64,000 nt of DNA. Source: the human T2T-CHM13v2.0 reference genome, Homo sapiens. The notes beneath the pieces were generated by a model, which did no database searches, had not been told where the DNA came from, and saw only the letters and a list, made by a program, of their open reading frames with translations. Shown in pieces: positions 1-15,389 of the stretch. Position numbers and translations under genes: made by a program. Numbering within the stretch: position 1 is the first letter of the stretch; each line of letters opens with the position of its first letter. The stretch lies in the NCBI RefSeq assembly GCF_009914755.1, contig NC_060926.1; one strand, 5' to 3'.

Positions 1-240
1 AGCTGACACTGTGACCAAGACTCTTCTTATTTTGATTGACATGGACGTGACTTGGAATGGATCCAACATATAGCAAGCCAAATAGTTTCATAATTTTTCG
101 TTTGAATCAGCTCAGTTCCTCTAGCATATTAGATCTGTGCCATGTCTTAATGGAAGCAAATAGGTAGCTTAAGGCATCCAAGACTAGATTTGTCGTGATC
201 CACAGAATTGGGAAAAGTAAGGTATACTTAAATTGTATAG

Positions 241-597
<357 letters not shown>

Positions 598-1154
598 TGA
601 GTTTTAGATTAATATTGTACTGTAAATATGAATGAACTCATAAAAATGTGTAAATGTAACACAATCACTTTGAAAAGTTATTATTTTACTTTAGAATGTT
701 CATAATGCTTTTCATCAACTGATTTGTTATTCTTTGGGATATTTATTCATTGAAAAATAAAAACTAAATATTTTTTAAAGTTGATGTCTTGGTTATAGTC
801 AGCCCCTAGAGTTGCTTTAAAAATGACCCTGCACTTTCCAATTCCTGACCAAAATCTAAGTGAGTGTACACTAGAGATTTACAAGATATATCAGAGGCTT
901 ACTTTATTTAAAAATGATTTTTAATGGTTTGATTCTGGAAAGTAAAACTTAAAACATCTTGTCAAGTACTTCTATGATGGTTATTAAAAATACATTTGTA
1001 TTTCAGGGTATATTTAAACCATATGTTCTTATTTGCTTCCATTTAGCACATTAAACTACTAGTTTGCAAGAGACAGTCAATATCCAAGAAACCACAAAAG
1101 CACCCTCTTAAAAATAGTTTCACATATTTCTTCTTTTAGCACAAAGTGACACTT

Positions 1155-1175
1155 CCCCCCGCCCACCCCCTCCCC
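1155..1175 (-). other. G-quadruplex-forming motif / GC-box cluster
   Basis: ccccccgcccaccccctcccc: four C-runs with 1-nt loops. Confidence 0.55.
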
Positions 1176-1986
1176 ACCTGCCAGCATTGAGCACACCTGG
1201 AAGGCTTTATATTTAACCGAAACTTAGACTTCATAAAATTAGAGTCACTTCTAGACTCGGCAAGTTTTTATTTATTTGAATGAGGATCAGTTAGAAGTTA
1301 GAACACTGTCTTAAATTTCTTTTAGCCATTTTTTCTTCTGGGTTTTTCCAGTGATTTAAACAATTAGAAGATTGGATATCAAGCGGTACTTATCTAAGTA
1401 TTTTAAAATTGTGCCAAAATAAAAGCTAATCATTTTGTAATCAGTATGCATAGAAGAGAAGCAGCAGCAGTAAAGCAGTTGCTGCATGTTTGCTGACAAA
1501 ATATTTAATCCAAACATTTAATTTCAATCTGCCACTGTTCTCAGTCAGTATAATTACTTTAAGCAAATACCACGTTGGAAAAAAATGGTCCCAGACACTG
1601 AAATGTAAATAATACAATATAATCATCACCACACTCAAATTCATATACTGTAATTTCTTTGTGTCACTTTCATAAACATGGATGTAATAATGTTGAAATT
1701 ATTGTAAACATGCAGATCTAAGCCATACTTATAGAAGTTGGTTTCCTCTTGTTGGCTATACACACCTGACATAAAGAATTGCTGAACAAGAAAATTACAT
1801 GGCTCTTCTTATAATATTAATTGGGAATGAGCAAAATTAATTTTGTACATTTTTGTCATGTAAAAGTTAGACAAAGTATACAATCTAGAAAAACTGGCAA
1901 AATCATTTATCCAATGAGTGTTTGTAGAATATGTCAAATATGAGATGTTAAGTATGATAAATATACGTAAAACAAAAATTTCTAGA

Positions 1987-2325
<339 letters not shown>

Positions 2326-2409
2326 TTAAAAGAGGTCACTATCAAGAAAAGCATTAATTGATTTTTAAACACAAGAATCAATATTACAGTATAAACATAA
2401 ATAAACTCT

Positions 2410-2762
2410 GCTAGAACGAGACTTTATTTTATTTATCTTTGTAGCCTCAGCATCTACAAAACGCTTGATTCAGATAAGGTGAAATTACGGGATTTGCCCA
2501 TCAAGCACCCAATCTGCTCTCTCAGCCATTCTTGCTGAATCTGCCTTACTCACGCTATTCCCCCTCAGGCAAACAGTATTTAATATTCTTTGTGAAGAGG
2601 AGGTCAACTACAGGACTAAGGTGGCAAACCTGACACAGGCTATTCCACAAGCCATAGGGTGATCTGATAAATAGGGATTTCTGCATAGAGCTCTGAATCA
2701 ATCAGATAAGGTACCTCTAAACTTAACTAAAATAATGATCAACAAATATTTGTTTAATTGAT
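2410..2762 (+). mobile_element. L2 3'-end fragments (degraded)
   Basis: ttatctttgtagcctcagcatc and tcaacaaatatttgtttaattgat resemble the L2 3' terminus. Confidence 0.4.
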
Positions 2763-2819
2763 GTCATATACTTTAAAAGACCTCCTTAAAAATCTAAAAC
2801 TGTTAAAAGATTCTTATTT

Positions 2820-2990
2820 GGGTATCCAGGATTTATTTCAAAATAATATGGGAGCAGGGAAACAAGCATTTTAGATGAAAAAAATTGGGCATATATTGTT
2901 AATTCTTAAAGCTAGGGATGGGTTTATAAGAATTCATTACACTATTCTCTCTACTTTGTACATTTTAATTAATTTTCCATCTTAAAAACT
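2820..2990 (+). mobile_element. Old L1M 3' UTR fragment
   Basis: aaagctagggatgggtttataagaattcattacactattctctctactttgtaca matches the L1MC/MD/ME 3' end pattern. Confidence 0.6.
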
Positions 2991-3603
2991 CAATTCTTAT
3001 GCCTAACATTAGCCCCAGGCACCAGAAATATAGGGGGCCCTTCTCCATAATCCAGTGAGTATCTGTTGGGATAAGATTCCAATATCTTCTAGTTGTACCT
3101 CTTCTTTTGTATTTCCTCCGTTTGTGGAGTTAAGAGACCTGAATCAATGCCTCCAGCTGCCTATTACAGAACCTCTAACTAAATGTAGTATGTACAATAA
3201 GGACCTTTGTTTCTCTCAAAATAAGATTTGTGGAGATAGATATTTCTGAGGGCAAACAGCATCAAAGGCAACTTGAAATCTTTGTGCTTTACCATCCTTA
3301 GTGTTATTTAGTAAAAATTTAGACCTCATCAGTTAGACTTCTATATCAACCTCTCAAGATGACTGTCAAAACTCCTGCCAGATCAAAGAAGAAAGATATT
3401 TTTTTCTGTTTTCCTTTTTTTCTAAATTCTGTCCCATAAGACACAGAAGAAATTCCTTAATATCACATTGCACAGTCACTAGACATAAGGGAGACTAAAA
3501 AATTAGTATTTGCCATTTCAACAATCAAAGAGGGGTCCTGCAGCAGGTAACATGATGGGAACCATTTGTACTAGATCTCGGTAAATGGCACTAACGTGGC
3601 ATC

Positions 3604-3830
3604 TGTATCAGTTACCATTGCCACAATAATGCTGGGTAACAAACAGCAACAAAAACCTCAGTTGTATACAATAGATCTGTTAAACCACAGTTCTGCAGAG
3701 TTCACTTCATTCAAGATAGACTAGACGGAGGCCATTTGGCCTCATTCATTCATGAATCTGCAGTTAGCTGCCGGTGGACAGGTTAGCTTGGCTGATCTTG
3801 GCTGGGCTGCTCACATGGTTGGTTTGCCCC
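3604..3830 (-). mobile_element. MLT1 (ERVL-MaLR) LTR fragment
   Basis: tgtatcagttaccattgccacaataatgctgggtaacaaac...tctgcagttagctg...gctgggctgctcacatg. Confidence 0.55.
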
Positions 3831-5231
3831 AAAACGATGACTTATTCCTCAGGTCTCTTCTCAAGCGTCCCTTTCCAAAAAAGTCTTGCTTGACCTTTAT
3901 GAGAGCCAATCACTGTAATGTATACTTATCACAAAGTAAACAGTCCCCTTTAGAATGGTCTTAAAGTTTTATATCAGTTTGTGTATCCTCTTAAATAAAT
4001 TTAATATTTTGAAATCATTTTAGAAATACAGAGGAGTTGTAACGCTAGTACAGAGAGTTCCCATGTACCCTTCGCCCAGCTTCCTTCAATGTTAACATTT
4101 TTACATGGCCATGGTACAGTTATGAAAACTGAGAAATTAACGTTGGCATACTACTACTAACTAAAATACAGACTTGATTTCATCAGCTTTTCTGGAGTTA
4201 ACTAGTTTTTCCATTCATGTACTTTCTCTGTTTCAAGACCTAATCTAGGATACTATGATGCTTTTCCTTGTTCTGGCTCTTTAATCTCCTCTAATTTGCA
4301 ACATTTTCTTAATCTTTCCTTGTACTTCATGACATTGTCAATTTTTAAGACTCTGGCCAGATATTGTATAGAATGTTCTTCAATTTGGATTAGTTTGGTG
4401 TTTTCTCATGAATGGACAAGGATTATGGATTTTTGGAAAGAATATCACAGATATGCCATGTAATTTTATTGCATCGTATCAGGGATACATGCTATTGATA
4501 TAACTCATTACTGGTGATGTTAGCTTTGATCACTTGGATACAGTGAACTGCAAGGTTTTTTCTTGGTAAAGCTATCACTTTTCTCTTTCCATACTCCATT
4601 AGTTAGACTTGATTCACTAAGTCCAGCCACATTCAAGTGAAGAGGAAGTAAAATTCATCCCTTGGAGGATAAGTATCTACAGATATGTACACATATGTTA
4701 AAACCACCACAGTAAATAAACATTTGGGGGAGATGCTTTGTTGCTATGCGAAGTTTCTCCTTGAAGTTTTTACCACTAATTTCAGCATTTATCCATGGAT
4801 CTTGCCTGCAGCAGTTATTACTTTGAGGTTCTCATGGTGATTTTTATTTACTTCCTTCATTTCTTCTATACTTATTATTTGGTATTCTTCCTTCTGGTAT
4901 GAAGACTTGTTTCCTCTACTCCATTTATTTATTGAGTCACTCAATTATATCAACATGGGTCCACGAATATTTATTTTATTAACTCAGCGACAATCCAATT
5001 CTATTGGCATTTATATTATTGCTTAAATTATTTCAGCTTTGGCCAATGGAAGCACTTCCAGGAAGGCTCCTGTGTTACTGCCACGTGCCCCCAGCCACCA
5101 TAATTTTTTAAAGTGTTTGCTGTATAACTTTATATTGTGATTTTTGATTTAGTTGTTTGAATAAGATAGATATAAAATTGCATGATACAAAGTAAAGATA
5201 TAAATATAAAAATACATGAAAAATCTGATAA

Positions 5232-5616
<385 letters not shown>

Positions 5617-6407
5617 TAATTGTATTGGCTAGTATCTGTGGCACAGTTTTAAATAATAGAGGGAATAATGGCCATTTTTCTTTTCTTTATGAACTTAGTC
5701 AAAGTGGTTTTGTTCTTTCTCCATAGTCACACAATGCTATGGTTCAACTGAGATAGACACATTACTCATGTTGTACTCACATTTATATATTCCCATTTGA
5801 TTGATTGCTTTGTGATGAATAGTCATTGAATTTCTTAAAAATTCGTTTTCAGCATTTTGCTGTTATATCTATCCTTATGTTCATGTTATGCTTCTTATCT
5901 CTGTTATCATATTTCATCAAATTATATGAAGTTTTAATGCTGACACTTTTTTCATGTTAGTATAATATGTCAAAGGAAAACTTTCATATAACTTAATTAC
6001 AACTACAAACAGCAGGTGGTAGAAAGTGTTAATAAAGCCATCGATTAAAAAACAAGATAATTCTTCAATGTTAGAATATGAAAAATGAATCTTAAAACTG
6101 ATAAAATAGATTGTATGATACTTTTTTTGCATTCCTTCAAACAACTTATTTTAATATTGATGTACTGTTTTTATTGGGTTGCCAAATCTGCTTGCTGTTA
6201 TTTTATTTAGGGTTCATTTTGTTTGTTTTGGTTTTGATTTTTTATTTTTGTATGTGTAATGGTAAGTGAATTTGGTATATAGATATCTTTTTGTCAGACT
6301 TTAATACCAATGCCCTATTCATCCAATTGAAAACAAGTTGTTCATCTTTTTTTGTGTGCTTTGAAACAATTAGATGTCAAATAATCTGCATTTCAAACTT
6401 CTAGTAA

Positions 6408-6792
<385 letters not shown>

Positions 6793-7494
6793 CAAGTATC
6801 TCTTTAGGTCTTGTATGTAATTGGAGGTTAATTTTAGTAGATTATATATTTTATCCATACAATTACTTATATTATCCAGATTTTAAATTATTTTATAGAG
6901 TTAAGAGTTGAGCAAGGCAGTTTTTTATTTCTGTGGTTATTTCTCACTCTTCATTTCTTATTTTATATTTTATACAATTTCCTTTTTGATGAGGTTTGTT
7001 AGTGCTCTATGTTTTATAAAATAAGAAAGATCTTACGATTCTAAATCAAGAATATCTGCTTTTATTTTTAATAGTTCTGTATTTTTTCTAATCTTTAGAT
7101 TTTAACATCTTTTTTAAAGTTTCAAAAAATTGATGTGAGTTTTAAGACAACAAATTTTCCTATGTGCTCTACTGTAGCTGTATTATGTAAATTCAGCTAT
7201 GTACTCTTTCCAACACTCTTTAGTGTTGTAAAGTATCATCTTGAGTCATTTATTTTATTTATTTTTGCTGAATTAAATGACATCAGAAATTAGGATTATG
7301 ATCCCTGCATCTTTTGTTGAATTTCCCAGATACAGCTTGGTCCATCAGTTTATTTTCAACTTTTCTAAATCTCTTTGTTTTAGGAATGTCTTTGTGCACA
7401 ATTAGATTTACTTTGGGAGCCAAAGTGAAAAATCTGCTAATGAATGAGCGCATCAGCTATGGAGGCGTGCTAATCAGACATGTTATGAAGAGAG

Positions 7495-7902
7495 AACCTG
7501 TAGGAGGAGTGTGGTTGGTTAACTCCCTCTGGCTGTCACACCTTTGGGATCCACTGCAGGATATACACCTATACCATGCTTTTTCCCTGCTGCTTCCCAG
7601 GCAATGGCTGACACAGCCAGGAGAATTCTGCTCAATGAGAGACTACTCCAATGTCCTGTCTTCAGTGAGATTCTCCATTAACCAACATGAAACTTTCTCA
7701 AGGCTGTAATGCAGTCTAAGGTGTTTCCTGCCCAATGTTTCTCTTCCTTCCATTCATAGGTGTCTGATCTGCATTATGGCTTGGAAGCTGTCCTTGTTTA
7801 TTTCTGCTGCCCTTTCCCTTTAGGCACAAGCATTTTCCCTAGTAAATCTCTTGAACTTCTGGTCCCATGATGACATCTGCTTCCTTAAGGACCTTAGCTG
7901 GT
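7495..7902 (+). mobile_element. LTR16-family (ERVL) solo LTR
   Basis: gggatccactgcag...gaaactttctcaaggctg...agtaaatctcttgaacttctggtccc...catctgcttccttaaggacc matches LTR16 body and 3' end. Confidence 0.7.
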
Positions 7903-8248
7903 AGCGAGTTTTCCTTTACATTTATCAATATGGCAGATATTTTGTTCTTAGATCTTTCCAGGGTTCTACCAGTTTATGTTTTATCTCTCCTTTTTGTAGC
8001 AACATCTCTTTCCTGAATTCTTATATTTCTGTTTGTGGTTTTCTTTTATAAATTCATTTACTTTAAATACATAGTGGAATAATCACAATTTTCATCTGCT
8101 TCATTCCCCTTTAACTGCTAATAAGTTTTGCTTTATTTTTCATTTCTCTTCTTATGCTGCTGTTTTTTTTCCATTGCTGCTGTGTTCTTCTTTCATTGTT
8201 CATCTCAAGTTTTTTTTTTCTAGGATAAGCTACGGGCAAAAGTTTGTT

Positions 8249-8318
8249 TCTCTCTCTCTCTCTATCTCTCTCTGTGTGTGTGTGTGTCTGTGTGTGCACG
8301 TGTGTGCATGTGTGTGTA
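8249..8318. repeat. (CT)n(GT)n compound microsatellite
   Basis: Direct read. Confidence 0.9.
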
Positions 8319-8898
8319 TTACTTGACATAATAGGCTTCAAAACCCAATTTAACCCAATTTAATTGGGGTTACAGGCTTGGAAACCCAAAGGTATTTACC
8401 TGCTCTGCTGGCACACAGAGAGAATGGCTCCTTTAAATATGACTCTGCTATATTATTCTTCCTGAGGACCTGGTACTACTTAAAAAAAGAAAAATCAAAC
8501 TGGATCTAGAATAACTCCTTCTGATAACCCTGCACTCTCAATTCCTGCAACAGTATTACAATTGATGAATATTTTGCACTTCAGAGTACATCTCTCCCAT
8601 AAGAAAGTATACTTTTAGTTTATGATTTTGCTTTCTGATTTTTATTGCAACCTGAGTCTCTAAGCTTCTTCTCTTCCTCTTTCCCCTCTGACTAATCTTG
8701 GCTAGTTTTAAAGTCTTTCCACATGCTTGGAATCTACAGACTGCTGTCTTATTATTACTCTTAAGATGGAGTTTCTAAGCGATTTTGTGTTCTCCTTGTT
8801 TCTGTTTGTATGAATTCCAGAATAATTTAAAAAATGCTGACTGAGGAAGCCATGCTCACACTGGGAGTCCTTACCTGAGTGTCAGTCTCTTCCACTCC

Positions 8899-9095
8899 CA
8901 GGGATTCTCAAACACACCATTATTGACATTTTGGGCCACATGATTCTTTGCTGTGGGAGCTCTCCTGTGCATTGTAGGATGATAGCAGCATCCCTGGTCC
9001 TCTACTAACTAGAAGCATGTTGTGATATTCAAAAATATTTTCATTTATTATTAAATGTCCCTCAGGGGCAAAATTGCTTGCAGTAAAGAACCATC
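8899..9095 (-). mobile_element. MER20 (hAT-Charlie MITE)
   Basis: attgacattttgggcc...tcctgtgcattgtaggatg...agcagcatccctgg...aaatgtccctcaggggcaaaattg...agaacca. Confidence 0.85.
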
Positions 9096-9369
9096 CCACT
9101 CAACTAAAATCTCAGTGAGAATTGTGACAACATCTACTTTGTTAAACTTTCCATTTCCATTATCTAAAATGGTCTAGCCCACAGCAACAATTCAACGTCA
9201 ATATTTTGATGGTGTGGATGATGAACCCAAGAGAGTATCATTCAGATTATTTGCCCTCCATTCATTCCTCATATATTAAGGAATAATACCTTGTGATGCA
9301 TTGCATTTTGGCCAACTGCATGTCTTTCTCTAGTGAAAATGTACATGGAATCATTGTATTCTAGATATG

Positions 9370-9540
9370 AAGAGTCCTTAGAGATTGTCTGCTACAAAGC
9401 TCTTATTTAATTGATGAAGAAATTAAGATTAAGAGAGTCTGTGATTTATTCTCCCCCATATAGAGCTTTACAGTAGAGCTAGGCTGGAACCCTGAAAATG
9501 AACTCTCCACACACCAGAACTCTTTAACAATACCATGATG
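9370..9540 (-). mobile_element. MIR
   Basis: gatgaagaaattaagattaagagag...agtagagctaggctggaaccc core. Confidence 0.55.
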
Positions 9541-11071
9541 TATTATTTAGTCCAAAATTGTACATATTTAGTAAATACATACTTCATAGAATGAAACCTT
9601 TGAAAAATAAAACAAAATGAAACACTACTAATCTCTCATTTCATGATTCAGAGAATGTGAAGATAATACCACACAAGAAATGTTTTTACTTAGTTTTTAA
9701 AAATACTCAAAGTACTAGCTTTTTAAAACAGACTAAATTATAAAGGAGCATTTTCTTCTATAGTAAAAACACAGTAAAAGCCTTTCTCAGGATCTTGATT
9801 ATTTTCTCAGGATCTTATTATTTTGAGAAAGCCTGAGCTCTCTTTTCATAAACTATTCAATTTAATAGTACTAAGGGTAATAAAAAGTTGTCTTGGAAAT
9901 ATACTAATATATTTAAGATAACAATGAATTATCTCATTACAAAATGCATTAAATTGAGAAGCTCTGTTTAAAAGTAGTTCAAAAACACCAAGCACTAAAA
10001 CAGCCTATGGTACTCGCAGAAGCATTGCACTCTGTTACTGATGTGGAATGGGACAGTGTTAGGCAGGCTGACTAACACAGTCATGACCACATAATATGTA
10101 GATGCTATAACATAGGTCATGTAATGTATGTCATTCGCACTTTTCTGCACTGCAAAGTTAAGGTGTGAAAATAAAGATGGACTCTTCTCAGCAAAATATT
10201 GACTTATTTTATAATTACTGAGTCATAAAAATGCTTTTTTGACATTTTTGTGGGAGCTAATATTTAAACGTAAACCACTGGATGTAACTATTTATTTCTC
10301 ATTGATTCACTTGATTGAAATAGGTAGTTTGAGAAACTCACAAAATTAGTATTTTACTTAAAGTGCTATATATGGACATGTAACAATTTCTAATTGACAG
10401 ATATTAAGACTTGCTTATAAATGGTGCCCGTAAAACATCACATGTGTAAGAAGGGAAACTGCAATATTCTTTTGAACATAACCATGATAGCGTTATTGAA
10501 GGGTTTATAGGCAGATGAAAACCCCCAGATGTCTTATCAAGCAATAACAACTTCAAGGTCAAGGGGAAATGTTGATTATATTAAGGATGAAATGAGAAGA
10601 CAACATGTGTACTGCAGAAATATACAAAAAAACTATGAAATATAGAAAATGAAAGTTATGGTTAGTATAAAGCCAACTATTGGAAAACAATGCCAAAGTT
10701 GTGAGTGCCTTGAAGGGAGAAACTGTGTTTAGATGACTCTGGATTTTGGATAATGAAGAGATAGGCTGGCATTTAACAGGCATTGGATAAATATTAATAG
10801 AAATAATGAATAGGTAATTAAGTTGTCAATAGATTTCTGATGTCATCTTTTCAAAGAGAAAATATATCCTAAAAGTAACCTAATTTTGAATTTCTTTTAC
10901 ACAAATAACCTACTTTCATTGTAGCAAAATTAGAAATGACAAAAAGTGAAACAAAAATTACCTATATGTTACTATCTGGATGTAACCACTGTTAATATTC
11001 AGAAGTATATTTTTCTAGACTTTTTGTTTTCACAGTTAGCTCTTACAAGTGTTTCAAAAGGAATGCATGAC

Positions 11072-11355
<284 letters not shown>

Positions 11356-12201
11356 CTACTGTCATTCATTCATTCAGGAAAAGCTTTTAGTTGAGACCAC
11401 TGGTGAAGGTTTGCCTAGAGGAGAATGCAGGAATTAAAGGAGAAATGATGTACTATGCCTCCTCCTTTGGTAGGCTTCCTCAGTTCCCACAATAATAACT
11501 ATTTTCTTCTTTAAGAAGTGTGTAACATTACTTGCAACCAGTACTCAGGAACAGACAGAGAGAAAGAGAGAGAGAGAGCCTCTCTAAAATGATAAGAACC
11601 ACTTGGATTTAAATTTCTGCTTAAATATAATGTCTTGTTAATAAATAAGAGTATTCACTTATTCTAAGTAAAGCAAATGGAAAACATCCCTTAAAACTTT
11701 CTGACCTTATTAGTAATTGAAATTAAACAGATTTTACCCAATTTCTTTGTTTTCTCCTTTCAGCAAGACTGTATCTAAAGAATGCCTGGGATTTGCATCT
11801 CACAGTGCCAGCTATTGTAGAGTCAAAAATATGTGAACAAGTACAACTAGAAAATATCAGGCATATGGCATGAAACACATTTTCATTCTTTCTCCAGAGG
11901 GGGGAAAATACATTTTAACAGAATGCAAAATATTGTGCTCTGCCTTACTTGCCAAATAGAGAAAAGTGTGAATTTTAGCAAGAAAACCAATGGCTAGTTT
12001 AAATTGGGGGAGGTTACAGTAATTGCTTCTACAAGCAAATAATTGGATGGGTTGGGCGTTTGGATGTTAAAATTTAAGGAGAGCTCATTAGAGGCTACTT
12101 GATTTTCCTTTTCTCTTGATAACTGAAAGATGTGTCCTGATGAATTTGACTTCTGTAGCAATCCCAACATTTGCAGACCATAAAGCAACAGAGCCAGTGC
12201 T

Positions 12202-12228
12202 GTGTGTATATATATATACATATATATA
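12202..12228. repeat. (TG)/(TA)n microsatellite
   Basis: Direct read. Confidence 0.75.
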
Positions 12229-13109
12229 CCCTTATACTCCCTTATTATTGGAAGATTTCTAGGCTATTTTGTGTTTGTGGTTCTATGTAGTGCCCTACAT
12301 AAAAGAGATATTCATCTGTGTTTATTAGCATCTGTTTACTTCGAAATAAAATTGTAAGCAACCTCAGTGTAACTGGAGAAGACTGGTTGACATGAAGTAT
12401 TAACTCAGCTTTCACAAATCATCAGGAACAACCAATTTTTCCTAGTTAACAGGAAACCTATCTTCCAACAGTAAAAAGACAAAGTGAGCCAAGCCCACTT
12501 CAAAAGCCTGCCTAGGAATGATGTTCCCTCCAGAAAAATTACTGGCCAACCATAATTCTCAGAAGTGAAGACTTGCCTCTATTACAGGTCAAACATGTGT
12601 GTCAAAAATGACTGCCTGAACAGCAATGGCTTTCTCTTATCAGATTTGTTTACATGGCAAAACAGAACTCTTCTCTCCTGAAACCCAGCACAGAAGAAAA
12701 GACTGCAACTCTAGTAGTGAGCAGGATAGGAACAAACCGACAAGGGCAGGCATAGTTCTTTATTTATTGCTCCCAGCAGGTGTCAGATGCCATAGTTTCT
12801 TCGCAACCAACAACACCCTGGGGCTTTTTAGTTCCGCATTCAAGACAAGGAAGAAGGGGGATGGCGACTAACCCCAGGTGATTAGGTACCTGAATCTTAT
12901 CCCAACTACTAGCCGACTCCAGCTGCGTTTAAATGTTTTTTGAAGAATTTCTGATGCTCAGTGGTTGCTGATTACTTCTAGATTTTAGTTCTACCCCAGT
13001 GGAGATTTGCTACAAAGAGTTTATCTGTTGTTGTTAAAATTGCAGTCACTACAAGGGAATGTCTCCTCTTAAACCAGTTCCCCAAACAAGCACTGTTACA
13101 ACAGTTACA

Positions 13110-13136
13110 CAAACAAACAAAACAAAACAAAACAAA
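13110..13136. repeat. (CAAAA)n simple repeat
   Basis: Direct read. Confidence 0.75.
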
Positions 13137-13587
13137 GCCTACTACTCTTTAAAAATACTTTCATCACACTGATCAGGGGATGCGTCGAACTATCTGGTAA
13201 GACTGGTGACATTTGTTAGGGATTCTCACCAAACACCCTCAGTGTGATTGAAGTTCTTGTATTAACACCTTTAAGGGGCTTGAGTACATGGTCTTGATTC
13301 AGTTATGTCTAAACTGACAGACCAGATTTAACATTTGAAGCCAGAATAATAGCCTAACTAGTAAAAGGGGCATACATTATTCAGACTCCCCACCCCTTTC
13401 CCTGAGTTTGTTTAGCATTTATTCTCTCAATAGCACACAAAACAAAACAAAAAATACTCAAAACACTGAGTAGTTTACAATATTTCATCAAATTTTCTGT
13501 TGACATATATGCAAATATGTGTGTGTATGCATGCCTATGAAAATGAAATCAAAGGCATACACACATACCTTAGAATACATGTAAGCA

Positions 13588-13890
13588 GGCTGGGCGCGGT
13601 GGCTCACGCCTGTAATCCCAGCACTTTGGGAGGCCGAGGTGGGCGGATCACGAGGTCAGGAGATCGAGACCATCCTGGCTAACACGGTGAAACCCCATCT
13701 CTACTAAAAATACAAAAAATTAGCCGGGCGAGGTGGCGGGCACCTGTAGTCCCAGCTACTCAAAAGGCTAAGACAGGAGAATGGCGTGAACCCGGGAGGC
13801 GGAGCCTGCAGTGAGCCGAGATCGCGCCACTGCACTTCAACCTGGGCGACAGCGAGACTCCGTCTCAAAAAAAAAAAAAAAAAAAAAAAA
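13588..13890 (+). mobile_element. AluY, AluYe-lineage
   Basis: 'gggcgaggtggcggg', 'ggagcctgcag', 'gggcgacagcgagac' variants; perfect 16-bp TSD agaatacatgtaagca at 13572-13587 and 13891-13906; pure A tail. Confidence 0.95.
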
Positions 13891-15094
13891 AGAATACATG
13901 TAAGCACACACTTGACATTTTCACTTGAAGATGAGACTTAAAAACACCCACATGCACTCAATAGATCCTTCCATCATTCAAACTTATATTGAATACCTCT
14001 TGGTTTACAAATGCTGCTTCTGTTGTAGGGGCTGCTGCTATTTTTGGAATCATGGGTTGCTAGAGATAACTGCCTCTTGGAGGCCTGCTCTGCCTGAAGG
14101 TTTTCCTCTAGAAAAATTTCTTCATCCCAAATGTCAACCAGGCCTATCAGCTGCTGCTCTGCTGTTGTTGACAGACAATTTCTGTCCTTCAAAAAATATC
14201 CCACACACATCATCTATGGATACTAAGCCTTAAATTGCCCTTTTGGTTCGCTTTCAGCCATTAAAGGACAAATATTTGACTAGGTCTGATTCCATTATGC
14301 TTACAACACAACTGTACAGTGTGAAAAAATGGAATTCACATATACACATCCAAAGTGAAGACAAAAATTGAGGTAACTGGGCTGATTATGACCATTCTTG
14401 TTTTCATCACTCTTCTATGAGAGGACCCAGCTAACTGGGGAAAACTGTGGCCTCCTTTTTTAAATGATTGCCTCAATTAATTCCATCAGTTTTCACAAAC
14501 AGATAACAATGTCATCATTTAATAATAAATCTTTTCATGTCCTCACTCTTTCTTGCTGTATCCTCAAAGTATATCACAATGTTCATACCCAGGGTAAGCA
14601 TGCTAGATATTTCCTCCTCTTCAAAGCAAGCCTGACCCAATTACAGAACCTGGAAGAGACAATGTTCTATAAGAGCCCACCTTTCCTGTATAATCAATTC
14701 TTATTAAGTGCTATCTATGATTTCTAATGTTATGATGCTTGAATTTTCCAAGGAAAGAATTGTACTATAGTCCATCAATCATATTACAAACTTCTGTACC
14801 AAGAAGTACAAATATAGCCTTGTCGTTGCAATTTTTCACACTTCTCTGTGTTTTATAGCTTATTGAAGTCAATTCTCACAACATGAGCCCTGCACCTATG
14901 AAAAGACAACTTGTTTTTTATTAAAAAAATCAAGAGCTGAAATGAAAATGCAGTATCCATAATTTCTGCAGGATACTTATCCCATGATTACCAGGATAAT
15001 CACATTCATGATTATATTTTACTTATATTTCACACCGCATTACGTATTATCTCTAAACATTCAAAAAGGCAAGAGAATCCAATGAAAATTTAAG

Positions 15095-15360
15095 GACACA
15101 TTTATTTAATGCCAACTGTCTTCAGATTGGGTACTTGAAGACAACAATAATGATTGGGACATGGCACAGATGTGTAGAACTCATGGACTGGTGAAGAAGG
15201 TAGGCATATATATAGCCGATGATTATATGAGGCAGATCATGAGATTGCCAAACTCAAGCTGGCACCAGACAGCTATGTGGCATAGATAGGGGGCTGGTGA
15301 ACCAAATGGGGAATTACGGCTGGCTTCACAGAAGAGGAGACATGGGAATTGGGTCTCATA
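15095..15360 (-). mobile_element. L2 fragment
   Basis: catttatttaatgccaactg...ggcttcacagaagaggagacatgggaattgggtct. Confidence 0.6.
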
Positions 15361-15389
15361 CTATCATTGTTAGACTGATAGTTGTATGA

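Noticed and set aside
11735-11875. Acceptor-like ttctttgttttctcctttcag followed by a 35-codon open frame
   Set aside because: No convincing donor, and the peptide is not recognisable.
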